From Felis catus (lineage: Eukaryota), in contig NC_058368.1 of the NCBI RefSeq assembly GCF_018350175.1, positions 27,158,001 to 27,222,000 on the forward strand: DNA of 64,000 bases. Direction: 5' to 3'. This document shows positions 36,475 to 49,369 of the stretch, piece after piece. Both the position numbers and the translations under genes were made by a program. How positions within the stretch are numbered: the stretch's first letter is position 1; each line of letters opens with the position of its first letter. The notes beneath the pieces were generated by a model, which was not told the origin of the DNA, did no database searches, and saw only the letters and a list, made by a program, of their open reading frames with translations.

Positions 36475-37052
36475 CAGCATTTCCCGAACATTTTGGACTC
36501 AAGACTTCTTAAAACTTAGTGAGGATTCCAAAAAGCTTTTATTCATGTGGTTTATATCTGTCAGTATTTACTATGTTAGAAACTATGTAGAAATTTTTAA
36601 TATGTTTATGTACTGATCCATTTAAAAACAACAAATACATTATGTGTTAACATAAATAACACACTTTTTGGAAAATGTATTTCTTAAAAAAATATTAGTA
36701 AAAAGGTGAGTGTTCTTTTATATTTTTGCAAATCTCTTTAGTATCTTACTTGACTGGGTTAGGAGAAGACATATGGATTCTTATACCTGCTTTGCTATTC
36801 AGTGTGTTCTGATATGTTTCAATTAAAGAATAAAAAGACTCCAGCTCCACAAATATATATGTCACTATAAAGAGAGGAGTATTTTAATAGCCTTTTTGGA
36901 TAATTATGGGTTTGATTCTTTGCAGTGCACCAAACTCAAAACCTACCTGGATTCTTTTTAAGGCTACAACAGTTTTACCCACCATTGGTTTTTTAAAAAA
37001 ATTTTTTAAATGTTTATTTAATTTTGAGAGAGAGAGAGCGTGAGTGGGAGGG

Positions 37053-37090
<38 letters not shown>

Positions 37091-37382
37091 CAGAATCTGA
37101 AGCAGGCTCCAGGCTCTGAGCTGTCAGCGCAGAGCCCAATGCGGGGCTCAAACCCAAGAACTGTGAGATCATGACCTGAGCTGAAGTCGGACGCTTAACC
37201 AACTGAGCCACCCAGATGCCCCAACCCACCATTGCTTTTGATTCACCAGTGCAAATGTCAACATGGTGAAAAAGGCAAGTCACATTTTAATATTATTATG
37301 AAAATAGATTTGACTTCCCAGACCCAAAGAAAGGATCTCAGGGACACATAAAAGTCTGACGTCTCTACTTTAAGAATTGCTG
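36475..37382. mobile_element. Charlie1-family (hAT) internally deleted element, SINE-interrupted
   Basis: Termini cagcatttccc... and ...ctttaagaattgctg; subterminal gtgaaaaaggcaa...tattattatgaaaatag motif. Confidence 0.8.
36988..37222 (-). mobile_element. Can-SINE inside Charlie1
   Basis: TSD acccaccattg on both sides. Confidence 0.96.
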
Positions 37383-37724
37383 TTAAGGAAGACCATTTTT
37401 AATTGCTGAAAAAAGTCCACAGTGTATTGTTCAGTAATAAAGGGACAGAAATGTCCCATGTTTTAAATAAAAATACAGTCAATAGGAAAACCTGAAAGTG
37501 TATATCAAACTGTTAAACAATGGTCGTATCTCAGGATAGAAGAATTATGGGTAATTCATTTTCTTCTTTTTGTTTATTTCATAGAATCTCCTACAGAAAG
37601 TATTTTGTAAGGGAACAAAGTTATTCTTTCAGTGTTTAACATCTTGAAGTCAAATGTTTTGAAGATTTAAGCAAAATACAAAACCTCCTATGGTCCCATC
37701 ACTCTAATAATGCTATTTTTTAAA

Positions 37725-37850
37725 GCATTTTATTGTGGTGTAAGAACACGTAACATAGATCTACCCTCTCAAATTTTTAAGTGCACAATACAGCATTGTT
37801 GACTACGACCACAATATTGTACAACAGATCTCTAGAGCTTATTTGTTTTT
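37725..37850 (-). mobile_element. Short L1 3'-end fragment
   Basis: taagaacacgtaacatagatctaccctctcaaatttttaagtgcacaatacag...cagatctctagagcttatt. Confidence 0.75.
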
Positions 37851-39009
37851 ATTTTATGTTCGTCTTAGCTTTTATTTATTTGCATTTACATTTTGAATAG
37901 CGTTTTTCACAGAGTGGTAGAAAATTCACTTTCCCTCTTACTCCTGTATGTGGACAAGAAACTTTCATCATAATTATCTATAAAATATTAGCATTCTAAT
38001 TACTGGTACAAATTTTGGCTCCTATGGAGATGAACTGGCTAATCTCAATGGTATCCAATGATATTAGTTAATGTAATTTCTTCCTAAAAGGAAGTAACAG
38101 TGCTTTGCCATTAACTAGGTTTAAAGAAATGTAGTCATTACATTACGACTCTAATAATTTCAGATCCTAAATTATGCTAATTTGATTTTAATCATTTAGC
38201 AAGCTTCTGTTTATTCCTAAAGGTTTAAAAATAGCCAAATATACTTTAATGTAGGCAGTTTTGCTTAATGTGATCGTCCCTGTAACTGTACTCTTAACTT
38301 TCAGTCATTCTCAAGGCTATGGTTTATTCCATATACAATTCAGGGCTAATATGGAAAGATAACGGTTTTTTTTTCAGATTCTGGCGTTGCATTATGTCTA
38401 CACAGGACGGATTTCTGCTAGTTGGCATTCAGCTGCAACCATTTGCCAAGCCATATAATTTTCATTTCTTAGCATCACTCGTATGACGAGCTCTAGACGA
38501 GGGCACTTTAACACAGGTAGACTCTGCAGGGTCACTCCCAGGTGGCTTCCTATCAGAAGTGATAAGTAAGAAATAATTGAATGGCAGCACCTTTCCTTTG
38601 TTCAGCTTTAGTTCTTTTGGAGAAATTTTACTCTTTCTGTCGATCACAGAGTAAATCCCCCAGACATCTTGTCTACTCTGATTACGTACTTTAGTTCTTA
38701 CCAATATCTATGTCAAGCTTGTTACCTCCATTGAAACAGATGATTTATGAAAGCTGATGGGTATTGTTTGAGATACTGTGAACACAGGATACTTTGTTTA
38801 GTTATTTCCTGCCTGCTCCAAGGTAGCCTTTGCTCACATGCCACTTGAAATATTAGATAAATATTAAAACATAACACGCACACAGGAGAGTCACCCTAGC
38901 TTTAATAATTGATTCAGAGGGATCCTGAGTCAGAGGCATTGTTGGCATCTAAACTCAGAGTGTTCCAGGTTGGACAACTTAGTGCGACAGCCACATTAAT
39001 GGTTAGGTT

Positions 39010-39228
39010 GGGGGCACCAGGATGGCTCAGTTGGTTAAGCGTCTGACTCTTGATTGCATCTCAGCTCATGATCTCACGGTTCCTGGGATCGAGCCCCGCA
39101 TAATAGTGTGGAAACTGCTTGGGATTTTTCTCTCTCCCTCTCTCTCTGCTCCCCTCTCCATTCACACACGTGTGTGCATGCTCTCTCTCTCTCTCCCCAA
39201 ATAAATAAATGGACTTAAAAAAAAAAAA
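39010..39228 (+). mobile_element. Can-SINE
   Basis: Head, CT tract, A tail. Confidence 0.93.
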
Positions 39229-39623
39229 GATATTTTCTCTAAGTTGAAGACAAACTTTGTGTTTTGGGATTAAATGGCTTGGCAGACTTCTAGCACAGTG
39301 AAAGAAAAATAACATATAGCTAGGTGCATCTTGATGAAATTTCAGAACTCCTAGGATAAGGAAAAAATTTCTGTTTGAAAAAAAAAAACAAATGGCCTAA
39401 GAAAGAGAATTATGTTAGCAGACTCATACCAATTTTGGAATTTCATATTAAAATAACAATGAAGAAAGTTTTATCCAAGAGAATGGTAATGTCATTGTTG
39501 ATGAAAATAGGAAATAGATACTCTCATGTATGTACTTTAAGTGAAATTATACATACTAATTTAGTGCAGTCCTTTTGGAAGATAGTTTAGCAGCATATAT
39601 TACTGTTTAAAATACACATTCCA

Positions 39624-39846
39624 GGGGCGCCTGGGTGGCGCAGTCGGTTAAGCATCCGACTTCAGCCAGGTCACGATCTCGCGGTCGGTGAGTTCGAGCC
39701 CCGCGTCGGGCTCTGGGCTGATGGCTCGGAGCCTGGAGCCTGTTTCCGATTCTGTGTCTCCCTCTCTCTCTGCCCCTCCCCCGTTCATGCTCTGTCTCTC
39801 TCTGTCCCAAAAATAAATAAAAAACGTTGAAAAAAAATTAAAAAAA
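39624..39846 (+). mobile_element. Young Can-SINE (SINEC_Fc) inside an old L1 remnant
   Basis: CpG-rich; perfect TSD aaaatacacattcca; flanks rejoin as L1-like ...cattcca-tttgacccagca. Confidence 0.97.
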
Positions 39847-41924
39847 AAATACACATTCCATTTGACCCAGCAGTTCTAGGTTATCTATAGGAAGACAATA
39901 GGCCTATGCATAAGATGGGCTTGTACTAGGGTGTACACTGTGCTAGAGGTAGGACTGGACAGAGACGGGGCAATGAATGTGACCTCATCATTATGTCATC
40001 ATCTTCTGTACCACTTGCATGACTGGAATAATTTTGTTAAGTGCCCAAGAATTAAGGAGAGTGGCTCCCGAAATGTGTCAGAGGCTACATCAAAAAAAAA
40101 AAAAAAAAAAAAAGAGATTAAGCCTGATCTGTTTTGCTAGGAAAGAAATTCATATCATCAGCAGAGTAAAGGGTTGAGTTGAATCTTCCTTCTCCAAATT
40201 CAGGTGAATCAAAACACTCCGCTTTGAGCTGAAATCAAGCTTAGAAAGTTTCAACCCCAAAGGAAGCCCTTTTGGAAAATTATGACAGAATGAAAATTGG
40301 ATTATAATGGAAGTCTATCAACTCTGTAATTTTATGGTTTTCCAAACAGTGTATCATCTCACTTTGCATTGTGTTTACCTAATTAGATGTGTGAAATACG
40401 GAAAACAATATTTAGAAGAAAGCAGAGACATAGACTTTATGAGATTCAAATAGAATAAACAGAAAAGATAAATTCAGGTGTCTTTATATTTTAATCATAC
40501 AAATAATAATCCTGGTGTAGAAAGTTACCTGGCTCTCTTACTGCTTTCTATCACTCAGATTCTTTATCACATACGTAATGTCAGTTTTTTTCTTCTTGCA
40601 AAAGGCATCAGGCTACATTCAGTAACAGAAGATGAAACAAAAAATATGTTATTCCTAGATTTCTTCTCAGCTGGGCTGAAATTACCTATGTAATAAGGTC
40701 TACTTGCATAAAAGGATTTAGAGATGGGAGTCCCAAAATCAAAATAAAAAATACCAAGCAACTTTTCCTTTCCTTAAGTAGCATACAGTAGAAGTTTTAG
40801 AGGGGGGAAAAAGTCCATAACTGGGGGCTTATGGGGAGAAATATGGAATTGAGTGTAAATAGTTTCATGGTCACGAAGTGACAAGAGTTGCCTCTGGCAT
40901 TGTGACATCATGACTGTGAAGCACACAGCAGGAAGTCTGGCACATAATACCCAACAAATCCTGGCTAATAGGATTTAAATTATTAATTAATTTCAGCAAC
41001 TTCTTTTGAATGTCTGTATGTGTCCATCCAGCACTGTGTGTAGCACTCAGGTGTGGGTCTTTGGGAGGGGAGGGGAGCCAAGGTTGAGGGAGGCTGTCTT
41101 GCTGTGCCATTTTCCAAGGGCAAATAACTATTCCACACAAAGAAGTAAAGTAAGCTATGCTATGACTGGACGATTTGTGCCGTAAGTCTTTGAACTGGTA
41201 CCCGTGGACCGTGATATCTTTAATCTGGTGTAAACAGGGAGGTGGGAAGAAATTGTATATTAATATAAATTTCTTTCAGCCTATAAAAGAAGAATAGATC
41301 CAAAATGTTCTGCTAACCACACTGCTTTTCTTCTTTTTCTTGGCCTTCTAGTTCAAAGAACATTAAAATCTTATGTTTCCTCAATATTTTAGAAAACTAT
41401 GCCTTTCTATTATTACAGAGCATGAAAAGCTCATTTAAAAACTTTTGTGCTTTTTAAAATTTTTCATCCTCGTTTTTTAAAGACAGAATAAAGAATGAAA
41501 ATAATGGGTAAGAAACAAAGGCTTTCAAGTGCAAGATGTAGAGGTTTTAATTAAAGGATGATGAAAAAGTGACTAGTCCTCCAAATCTTTAATAAAGCTA
41601 GTTAATTCTCCACTAATGCTGTAGGAATTATGCTCTAGTGAGCTGGGACATTTTATTCATAATCAGGCAACATTATGTGCTTTTAATTACCAGTTGTACT
41701 TTCATTTGTTGGCCACTATTGAACGAAAAGTGATACCAATAGTATCCTGCATCGTTTTGTAATCATCCTCTGAAAGCCTACATAGACAGCCTTGTTTGCT
41801 AAGAATTGCACGGGTCAAACCGAGGCACCATCTCTCTTCTCTAGGAGTAGACCCTCCAAAATAAATTATGGACAGGTTAAGAGGACACCAACCAACTCAA
41901 GGAATTAAAAATATACAGTATTTA

Positions 41925-42918
41925 GCAACCCCCTGAATGAGAGAAAGTAATTTATAAATCATACATCTATCATAAAGGATTAATACCCAGAATATACAAA
42001 GAACTCCTACAGCTCAACAGCAACAGTAAGAAACAAACAACCCAAAACTTCAAAAATGGGCGAAGGACTTGAATAGACCTTTCTCCGGAAAAGACATACA
42101 AATGGCCAACAGGTATGTGAAAGATGCTCAATATCACTATTCATGAGAGAAATGCAAATCAAAACCAAATGAACGACATCCTCACACCCCTTAGGATGAC
42201 TACTATCCAAAAAACAGAAAATGACAAGTATTGGTGAGGATGGGGAGGAATTGGAACACTTGTTCACTGCTGGTAGGAATACAAAATGATGCAGCTGCTA
42301 TGGAAAACAGCATGGCAGATGCTCAAAAAAAGTAAAAATAGAATTACCATATGATCCAGGAATTCTACTTCTGGGTATGTGTCCAAAAGAATTTAAAGCA
42401 GGGTCTCAAAGAGATATTTGTACACTCATTTTCACAGCAGCATTATTCAAAATAGCCAAAAGGCAGAAGCAACCCAGTTGTCCAGTTGATGGGCAAATGG
42501 GTAAACAAAACGTGTTATACACATACAAGTGCGGTATCATTCAGCCTCAAAAAGGAAGGAAGTTCTGACACTGAGCGACATGCTACAACGCGGATGAACC
42601 TCGAGGACATTATGCTAAGTGAAATAAGCCAGTCACAAAGAAGACAAATACTGTAGGATTCCACCTGTATGAGATACCTAGATAGTCGACTTCACAGAAA
42701 CAGAAGGTACAATAGTGGTTTCCGGGGACTAGAGGTGGGAGAAATGGGGAGCTGTTCTCTAATAGGTACAAAGTTTTAGTTTTGCAAAATGAGAAGAGTT
42801 TTGGAGATAGAGGATGGTGATGGTTGTACAACAATGTGAATGCCCCTGAACTATACACTCGAAAATGGTTAAGACAGTAAATTTCATGTGTATTTTACCG
42901 CAATTAAGTTTTTTAAAT
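41925..42918 (+). mobile_element. 5'-truncated L1 (L1MB-like), ORF2 end plus 3'UTR
   Basis: atacaaagaactcctacagctcaac, gaaatgcaaatcaaaacc, gaattaccatatgatccag, aaaatggttaagacagtaaatttcatgtgtattttac. Confidence 0.93.
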
Positions 42919-43004
42919 ATGTCAATGTACGTTGACATTAAGTGTAAAAGGGTAGTTGATGAAATGAGGGCTTTAAGAACAAAATCAAATTTTTCCCTTT
43001 CTTT

Positions 43005-43870
43005 CCTTCCTAGTATTGATCAGACGCCTTCTAAGAGTCTGTATTATTCTTAACACTGGGGATACTGGGTTAAAAACACAGTTAACATTTCAGAACTCAT
43101 GTGGCTGAATATCTCAGGAGAACAGAACCAGATAGTAAACATATCAACGAAAGTGTGTATAATTGAATTTCAGGTGGTAATATTATGAAAAAAAAAAATA
43201 AATCAGGGTAAAGATAGAGCAACGGAGGCACCATTTTTTAAATTTTTTAAAATGTTTTATTTATGTTTGAGAGAGAGAGAGAGAGCACACGCACACACAA
43301 GTAGGGTAGGGGCAGAGAGGGGGACAGAGGATCGGAAGTGGGATCTATGCTGACAGCAGCAAGGCTGATGCGGGGCTCGAGCTCACAAACCGTGAGATCA
43401 TGCATGACCTAAGCTGAAGTTGGACGCTCAACCTACTGAACCACCCAGGCGCCCCTGGAAGGACTGTTCTAAATAGGGTGGTTAGGTAAGACCTCTATGA
43501 AGCGATGACATTCAAACAGAAACCTGAATGGAAAGAACGATTGTATCCATGCAGATATGTGTGTGTTGGGGGTGGGGGGGGGAGTATTCCAGGTAGAGGA
43601 CCCAGCATGGACAAACTGGAATGTGCTTGATGTGCCTGAACAGCAAACAATCCAGGAAGCTGGAGCGGAGTGAGCTGAACACGGCGGAAGAAAAGTGGCC
43701 ATTCTTTCATGGCTGTGACAGGACTCAGGCTGAATAGGACACGAGGAGAGCAAATGTGTCAGGAACGAATCCAAAGATTTGACCTCAACACCTAGGTGAA
43801 CGGTGGAATCTTCTGTCCACCAAGATGGGGGCACTGAGTGAAATACATGTCAAGGGTGGGGATCAAGAGG
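43005..43870 (-). mobile_element. L2 fragment, SINE-interrupted
   Basis: agggtggttaggtaagacctct...tgacattcaaacagaaacctgaatg...tattccaggtagagg. Confidence 0.7.
43234..43455 (-). mobile_element. Can-SINE
   Basis: Antisense head ends ccaggcgcccc. Confidence 0.92.
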
Positions 43871-44087
43871 TTGGAGCCTGATTGTTCAGCAAGAGCCCTA
43901 GACAAATGTGCTCGTCAATGAAAGCAGCCACAGAATGTGAGCAGTTGGCAGGTGATGAGTTTGAAGTATCCCTGTGAGGACTGTAGGGATAGGAACAGAA
44001 ACCTGATCACAGTTGGATTTGTGACAAGACAAGGAGTTAGAAAGAAGGCTTGCAGTTAACTAAAGGGGTCTGAAGGTCGGGACAGCC

Positions 44088-44764
44088 TTTTTTTGTTGCT
44101 GCTTAACCAATTTTAATAACATGACATAAAGCCCCTACACTTGATAGAATAGTTATGCAAAATACATAGATGAATACTCTCTTCTGTTAAAAACATAAAT
44201 AAGCAAGACAGGTGAAAATAGGCAAGTTTCCATTCAATAAATGAAAAATTAAAAAGAGAAAGTTTTGCTTTCTATGTCATTTGAAGAAGGGAAATTGTCA
44301 TTTTAAACGATATTCAAGTTTATTAAACACATTTTAAAAAAGTATTATAAAATGTTTAACTGTCATCAGCTTCAAGGTTGATGTTGCTCCCGAATTTTGT
44401 GTATAACTGAACTTTCAAATCTGCTAACGCCCCCTGAATTGATTCCACTTTGGCTTCTAGGGGATCAATTTCTTCTTGCAAATTTTTCTTTGCTTCTTCT
44501 AACATTTCCTGTGTTTCTTCTTGAGAATGGCTAATGAAAACATCCCAATTTGATAGGGTATCATTAAGCAATCATCATCCGCAAGCATGATGTCCTTACA
44601 AGCATCTCCTAAGTTTTGGAGTTGTTTCTTTTTTACTTCTATTTCCTCTTTCAGCTCTGTGATGCTACTTGTATTCCGTGCCAATTTGTCTATCTTTTGT
44701 TGATCTTCAAAAGTAACATTGACAACTTCTGCAGCCGTCTTCTTCGTGGTGGCCGCCATCTTGG
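44088..44764 (-). pseudogene. PFDN4: Processed pseudogene of prefoldin subunit 4 (CDS 44759->44356, one frameshift, 3'UTR, short A tail)
   Basis: Two overlapping minus ORFs give MAATTKKTAAEVVNVTFEDQQKID...MIPYQIG and DVFISHSQEETQEMLEEAKKNLQEEID...KFGSNINLEADDS*, matching PFDN4. No introns. The 404-nt ATG-to-stop span implies a 1-nt deletion near 44543-44546. ATTAAA at 44112-44117 and A7 at 44088-44094 on the minus strand. Confidence 0.95.
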
Positions 44765-45307
44765 CTTTTTGTTTTTGTTTTTGTCTGAAAATGTCATTCT
44801 TAAAGCACAAAAATTGAGACATAACATACACATTTATACATGAAGAAAGAAAACACCAGGAAGTTTACAAAACTATCTGAGTGTCTCAGATACTTTCTAG
44901 AGATTTATACTGTGGCTGTGGCCATGGAGGATGGAAAGTAAGGGACAGATTCCATAGGTCCTATGAAGAAAGAAAGGAGACGGTTTACTTGGTTAGAACC
45001 TCTGCCTTAAGAACAGTAATGGATTTTTTTTTTTTTAAGTTAAGGGTAGTATCTTCTGATTATGCTGATGATAGTCACACCAGGGGCATTGGTTGATGAC
45101 TGGTGCTTGATGGTTAGATTTACCTTCTCTGGAGCCGGAATGATGCCTCAAAGATCATCAGACCATTCTGTTATCATCTACTGTGGGGGACCTCAGAGGC
45201 TACTGGTATCTGAGAGGGGATGCTGAAGGGACAGGGTGCCTGGTCACGTCTATCAGGGCAACTCTGCATTTATCTAAAGATGATGCTTCATTGAAAGATA
45301 CTACTTG

Positions 45308-45520
45308 AGGAGCGCCTGGGTGGCTCAGTCGGTTGAGCAACTGACTTCGGCTCAGGTCACGATCTCACGGTTTGTGAGTTCGAGCCCCGCGTCGGGCTCT
45401 GTGCTGACAGCTCAGGGCCTGGAGCCTGCTTTGGATTCTGTGTCTCCCTCTCTCTCTGCCCCTCCCCTACTCATGCTCTGTCTCTGTCTCAGAAATATAT
45501 AAACATTAAATTGTTTTTTT
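45308..45520 (+). mobile_element. Can-SINE
   Basis: TSD aaagata(c/t)t(a/g)cttga. Confidence 0.95.
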
Positions 45521-45819
45521 AAAAGATATTGCTTGAAAATAGTTTAGCTTCTAAAAGGGGGTTAAAAAGTCACCAGTCGTGTTCACAACCCCTGTTCATA
45601 GGATGAGAATACAGACTGTGAAAACATGAGTGATTTGGCTTCTTCAGATACTCTCTTCATTCTTGTCGTTCTTGCTCTTGTTTGTTTCCTGTTCTCATTT
45701 CCACTTTTACAGCTGCTGCAGATTCTCAAAGGAATTCTATCCTTGTAATATTACCACCAGCCTCTGCAGTGATTAGGGCAGATATTATCAACCATCATCT
45801 GAAAAATAAGAACCTGGGT

Positions 45820-45950
45820 TTCCTTAGAATTAGACCCCATTCCCGAGAACTGCACCCAGGGTGGGGCCAAGGAACTTGGGCTTGTAATATGTACCTCAGA
45901 TGAGTCCTGTACCGCAGGGAGTCCTGAGGCCACATTGTGAGAATAACCAA
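45820..45950. mobile_element. MER5-like hAT fragment
   Basis: gggtggggccaaggaac...gaggccacattgtgagaa. Confidence 0.5.
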
Positions 45951-46224
45951 ACTCAATTCTTCGGTGGAGGAATAAACCTAGCAGTGGGTGGGTGAGGAGT
46001 TACTGAACTTTGCGGATAGAAGACAGAGATCAAAAGGACTCACCTGAGGATGCCCCATAACTATGATGTGTTTAAGACCCAAATTCTATGTTCTTTCCAT
46101 AAAACAATTGCTTCCCAAATTCAGGTCCACAGAACAGTGACTTTCCGTACCGGCTTTTTTCTGTGATCGTTAAGAAATGAGGACAATGTGGGGTAGTGTT
46201 GTGCTTTATCAAGAATCTCCATTT

Positions 46225-46438
46225 GGGATGCCTGGGTGGCTCAGTCAGTTAAGCATCCGACTTTAGGTCAGATCATGATCTCACAGTTCCTGGGTTCGAG
46301 CCCTGTGTTGGGCTCTGTGCTGACAACTCGGGACCTGGAACCTGCCTTGGATTCTGTGTCTCCCTCTCTCCTTGCCCCTCCCCCGCTTGTACTCTGTCCC
46401 TCTCTCTCTCTCAAAAATAAATAATAGACATTAAAAAA
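46225..46438 (+). mobile_element. Can-SINE
   Basis: Perfect TSD aagaatctccattt. Confidence 0.95.
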
Positions 46439-46749
46439 AAGAATCTCCATTTATTTTGAGATTCTGTCCTTCCCAAAGTCTTTTGCATTAAAATATCTCT
46501 TCTTAAAATTTTTTTCAATGTGTACATAAAATATCCCTTCTCTTTTGACATGATGGTAATTGTATATAGTTTTTTGTTTTTTTTTTTTTTTACTGGCATG
46601 AAATCCACAAATCTGGATACCTATGCGCTAAAGTCCAGTGTGCCTACCTGAACAGAAAGCATGAGACCAACAGTGGAACAGTGCCCTTCAAGCCCCCATG
46701 TCCTGTCCAGGGCGCCGGCAGGATCTGCAGGACGCGAATTGAAAACCAC

Positions 46750-46880
46750 TAATGTGGTGGAAAGTATAGCAGATACGGGGTTGCAAGACCTACATTCTAA
46801 TCTTACACTTTATCATTAATTAGCCATGTGACTTGAGCAGATCACTTCATTTATCTGGCCCTATATCTTCATCAAAGATT
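46750..46880 (+). mobile_element. MIR fragment
   Basis: attagccatgtgacttgagcagatcacttcatttatctggcc. Confidence 0.6.
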
Positions 46881-48849
46881 CTACGTGCTTAAGGGTAAAC
46901 TTCTGTATTTTGAAATAAGAGAATTACGAAAAAGGACTAGGGGTTATTTGCCTTCCTTACGAGTAATTCATCAACTCTACCATATTTGTGTGAAGCGACT
47001 AATAACGCTTTTTTTTTTATTAAGCCTAGTACACAAAAAACTCATTAAGCTAACACTAACTAGCTCACCCAGAGTGAGATTTCATTCGAAACAATTGCTA
47101 TTCCCTAGTAATCTAGATCTCTGCGGTTTAGTGGTGAAAATACTGAATTATCTGAATCTAGTTAGTGCAAGGCTCATTTTTTTTTTCAATTTCCCTATTT
47201 CTAAATAGTTTTCCCTCGTACGTCACACTGAGAGGTATATGTCAATGAGCAGCAATCTCTAGACCCATCTTGACATCCACGGTTGTGCTCAAATACTCTG
47301 CTCTCCAGATCGTCAGATACTTAGGATTTGATGCTGCTGATGATTCCATACAGTCAGTCTCTGTGCTCTCTCTTGTAAATACTTCAGTGCCACATCAGCT
47401 TTCAAACTTACGTTATCATTTGGGGGCAGCCCTCTTTGCGTTTGTAGCATTTATTTTTTTTCTCATATTCAGCAAGCATGGTGTGACTTTCACTGTCAGC
47501 CCAACAGTGGCTAAGGCCTTGAGGACACAGTCCCAGACTCAGGGAGCTCCTAGCCTAGTAGAGGAGTTAGGCTTACAAAGGAACCCTTACAATGCAGTAT
47601 AAATGCGGTAGTGGAAAGTGTGTATTTTCAGCCTTTATACTCAAACTCCTGTTCACGTTTGCTCCAAACAATGGCTTTTTAGGGCAAAGTACCTTCTGGT
47701 GCGGCCCAGACCTACAGGTCACAGGTGTACTTAACCCCCCCTTGGTAACCTGCAGAGTCTGCTTAGGGCTTCCCTGTTCATTCGTCCTTCCTTTTTAGGG
47801 GGCCAGGGCATGAGAGTGCCTTCTAGGGCTCAGGAGCAAAGCCCTCCTCCGGCACCAAAGAATTTAATTTGTGTTCAAGCTGTATAGGGCTAAGAGAAAC
47901 TTTCCAGCCTCCCTCGTGGGGGTGAGGAGAATCGCAGGTGTCCTGGGGAAGAGAAGTTGGGCACAGTCGCCCCCACCCCCCAAGTGGGATTTGGAGCACT
48001 GGCCCCAGGTCAGTTGTTAAGCAAACTGAGATGAGCCTCTGGCGGCAGTCTCTGGACGATCAGACTGCTTCTCTACAAAGCTGGTACAGTCCTCCACACT
48101 GTGCCTCATCTCGTCGGGTTAGGAGGCAAATATGCCTCCTAAGGGTGGATATCACGTTCTAAAATCGATGGCAAATGTCTCATTTTTCAATTGCTCATGT
48201 CGGTAAAACATTAGAGTTTATCAGCTTGTGTCTTTCGGAATGTACCTATAAAACATGGAATTTCGTTGTTCTCTTAGAGAAAAAAAGCCTGTTTCCAGAC
48301 AGTGTGCCTGTACTAGTCAGTGTGCTTCCTGCAAAAGGTCGAGACAAAAGTCAGCTCCAAAGGAAAGAGTGGACCAGAGCATGCTATTCTGGGGTTCGTT
48401 TTGAAAATAGTGACATGTTCTCACGTTTCCCTTTGCTAAGGAAAAATGTCTCTGGCAAAGTGTATATGCATGGCCAAATTCCTAGAAGTTTATACACAAG
48501 AGTTTCCTTCCCTCCTATCCTCCTCTCTCTCTCCTTCCTTCCCTCCTTCCCATTCAGCGAGCCATTGTTTCTATAGCTGGATATCAATGAGGGGCGACAG
48601 AGTGACGGAGTGGGTTCTTCTGAAGGAGACCCACCTTCTCTCCGCGTCTGCCAGCCTGGGTAATTCCAGACAGCCAAATCATCTGAGTAGTTATGTTTTT
48701 CTACAGTGAGACACTTGACATCAAATTCTGTTTTTAGGAGCAGCATCGGATAGGTATAATTTAAAGCCTTATGGCAAATCTCTACATGCCTCTTTTGCTT
48801 CCTCTCTAACACCATCCACCAAGCATTGGCTTCCGTTCTCGTGAACAAG

Positions 48850-49005
48850 GACATGAGAGTTTTTGGACTCACAGTGGGGTGTGAGTCCTAATTCCAGCAC
48901 ATACTAGCTCTGTGTCCTTGGGTAATCTAGCCTCACTTCCTTCATCTGTTAAAAGGAAGGTAAGTCAAACCTATCACAGGATTGTAGAAAATAAATAAGG
49001 TAACC
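48850..49005 (+). mobile_element. MIR fragment
   Basis: actagctctgtgtccttggg...gcctcacttccttcatctgttaaaagg...cacaggattgt. Confidence 0.7.
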
Positions 49006-49369
49006 AGTAAGCTGGTTTTCCCTCCCTTTCCCTTCCCTGGTAGGATTATAAGTGAGAGAAAGGGAGTGACTGCATTCTTTCTAAGGTGTGGCTAATAGGT
49101 TCAGCCTTTATATTTTAACTCTCTGAATTTATATCACGTGTTATTTTTTTGTTTGTTTTTTTGTTTTAAGTAGGGAAGATCTGCTGAATTTAGAAATGAT
49201 GCAAAAACCCCCTGCAGATAGATAATAAAGGGGAGAAAATGTAGGTTTCCGAATTGGAGAAAGTCGTTTAATTTTGACTCAAGTTCAGATATTGTGATGG
49301 TATCTTATAACGTGTCTATGAAAAGAAATATGCTAGTTTAGAATTCTTATGCTAGAAACTAAATCTCTA

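Noticed and set aside
44499..44831. 110-aa ORF as an N-terminally extended PFDN4
   Set aside because: The extension comes from flanking DNA and the frame leaves PFDN4 after YQIG
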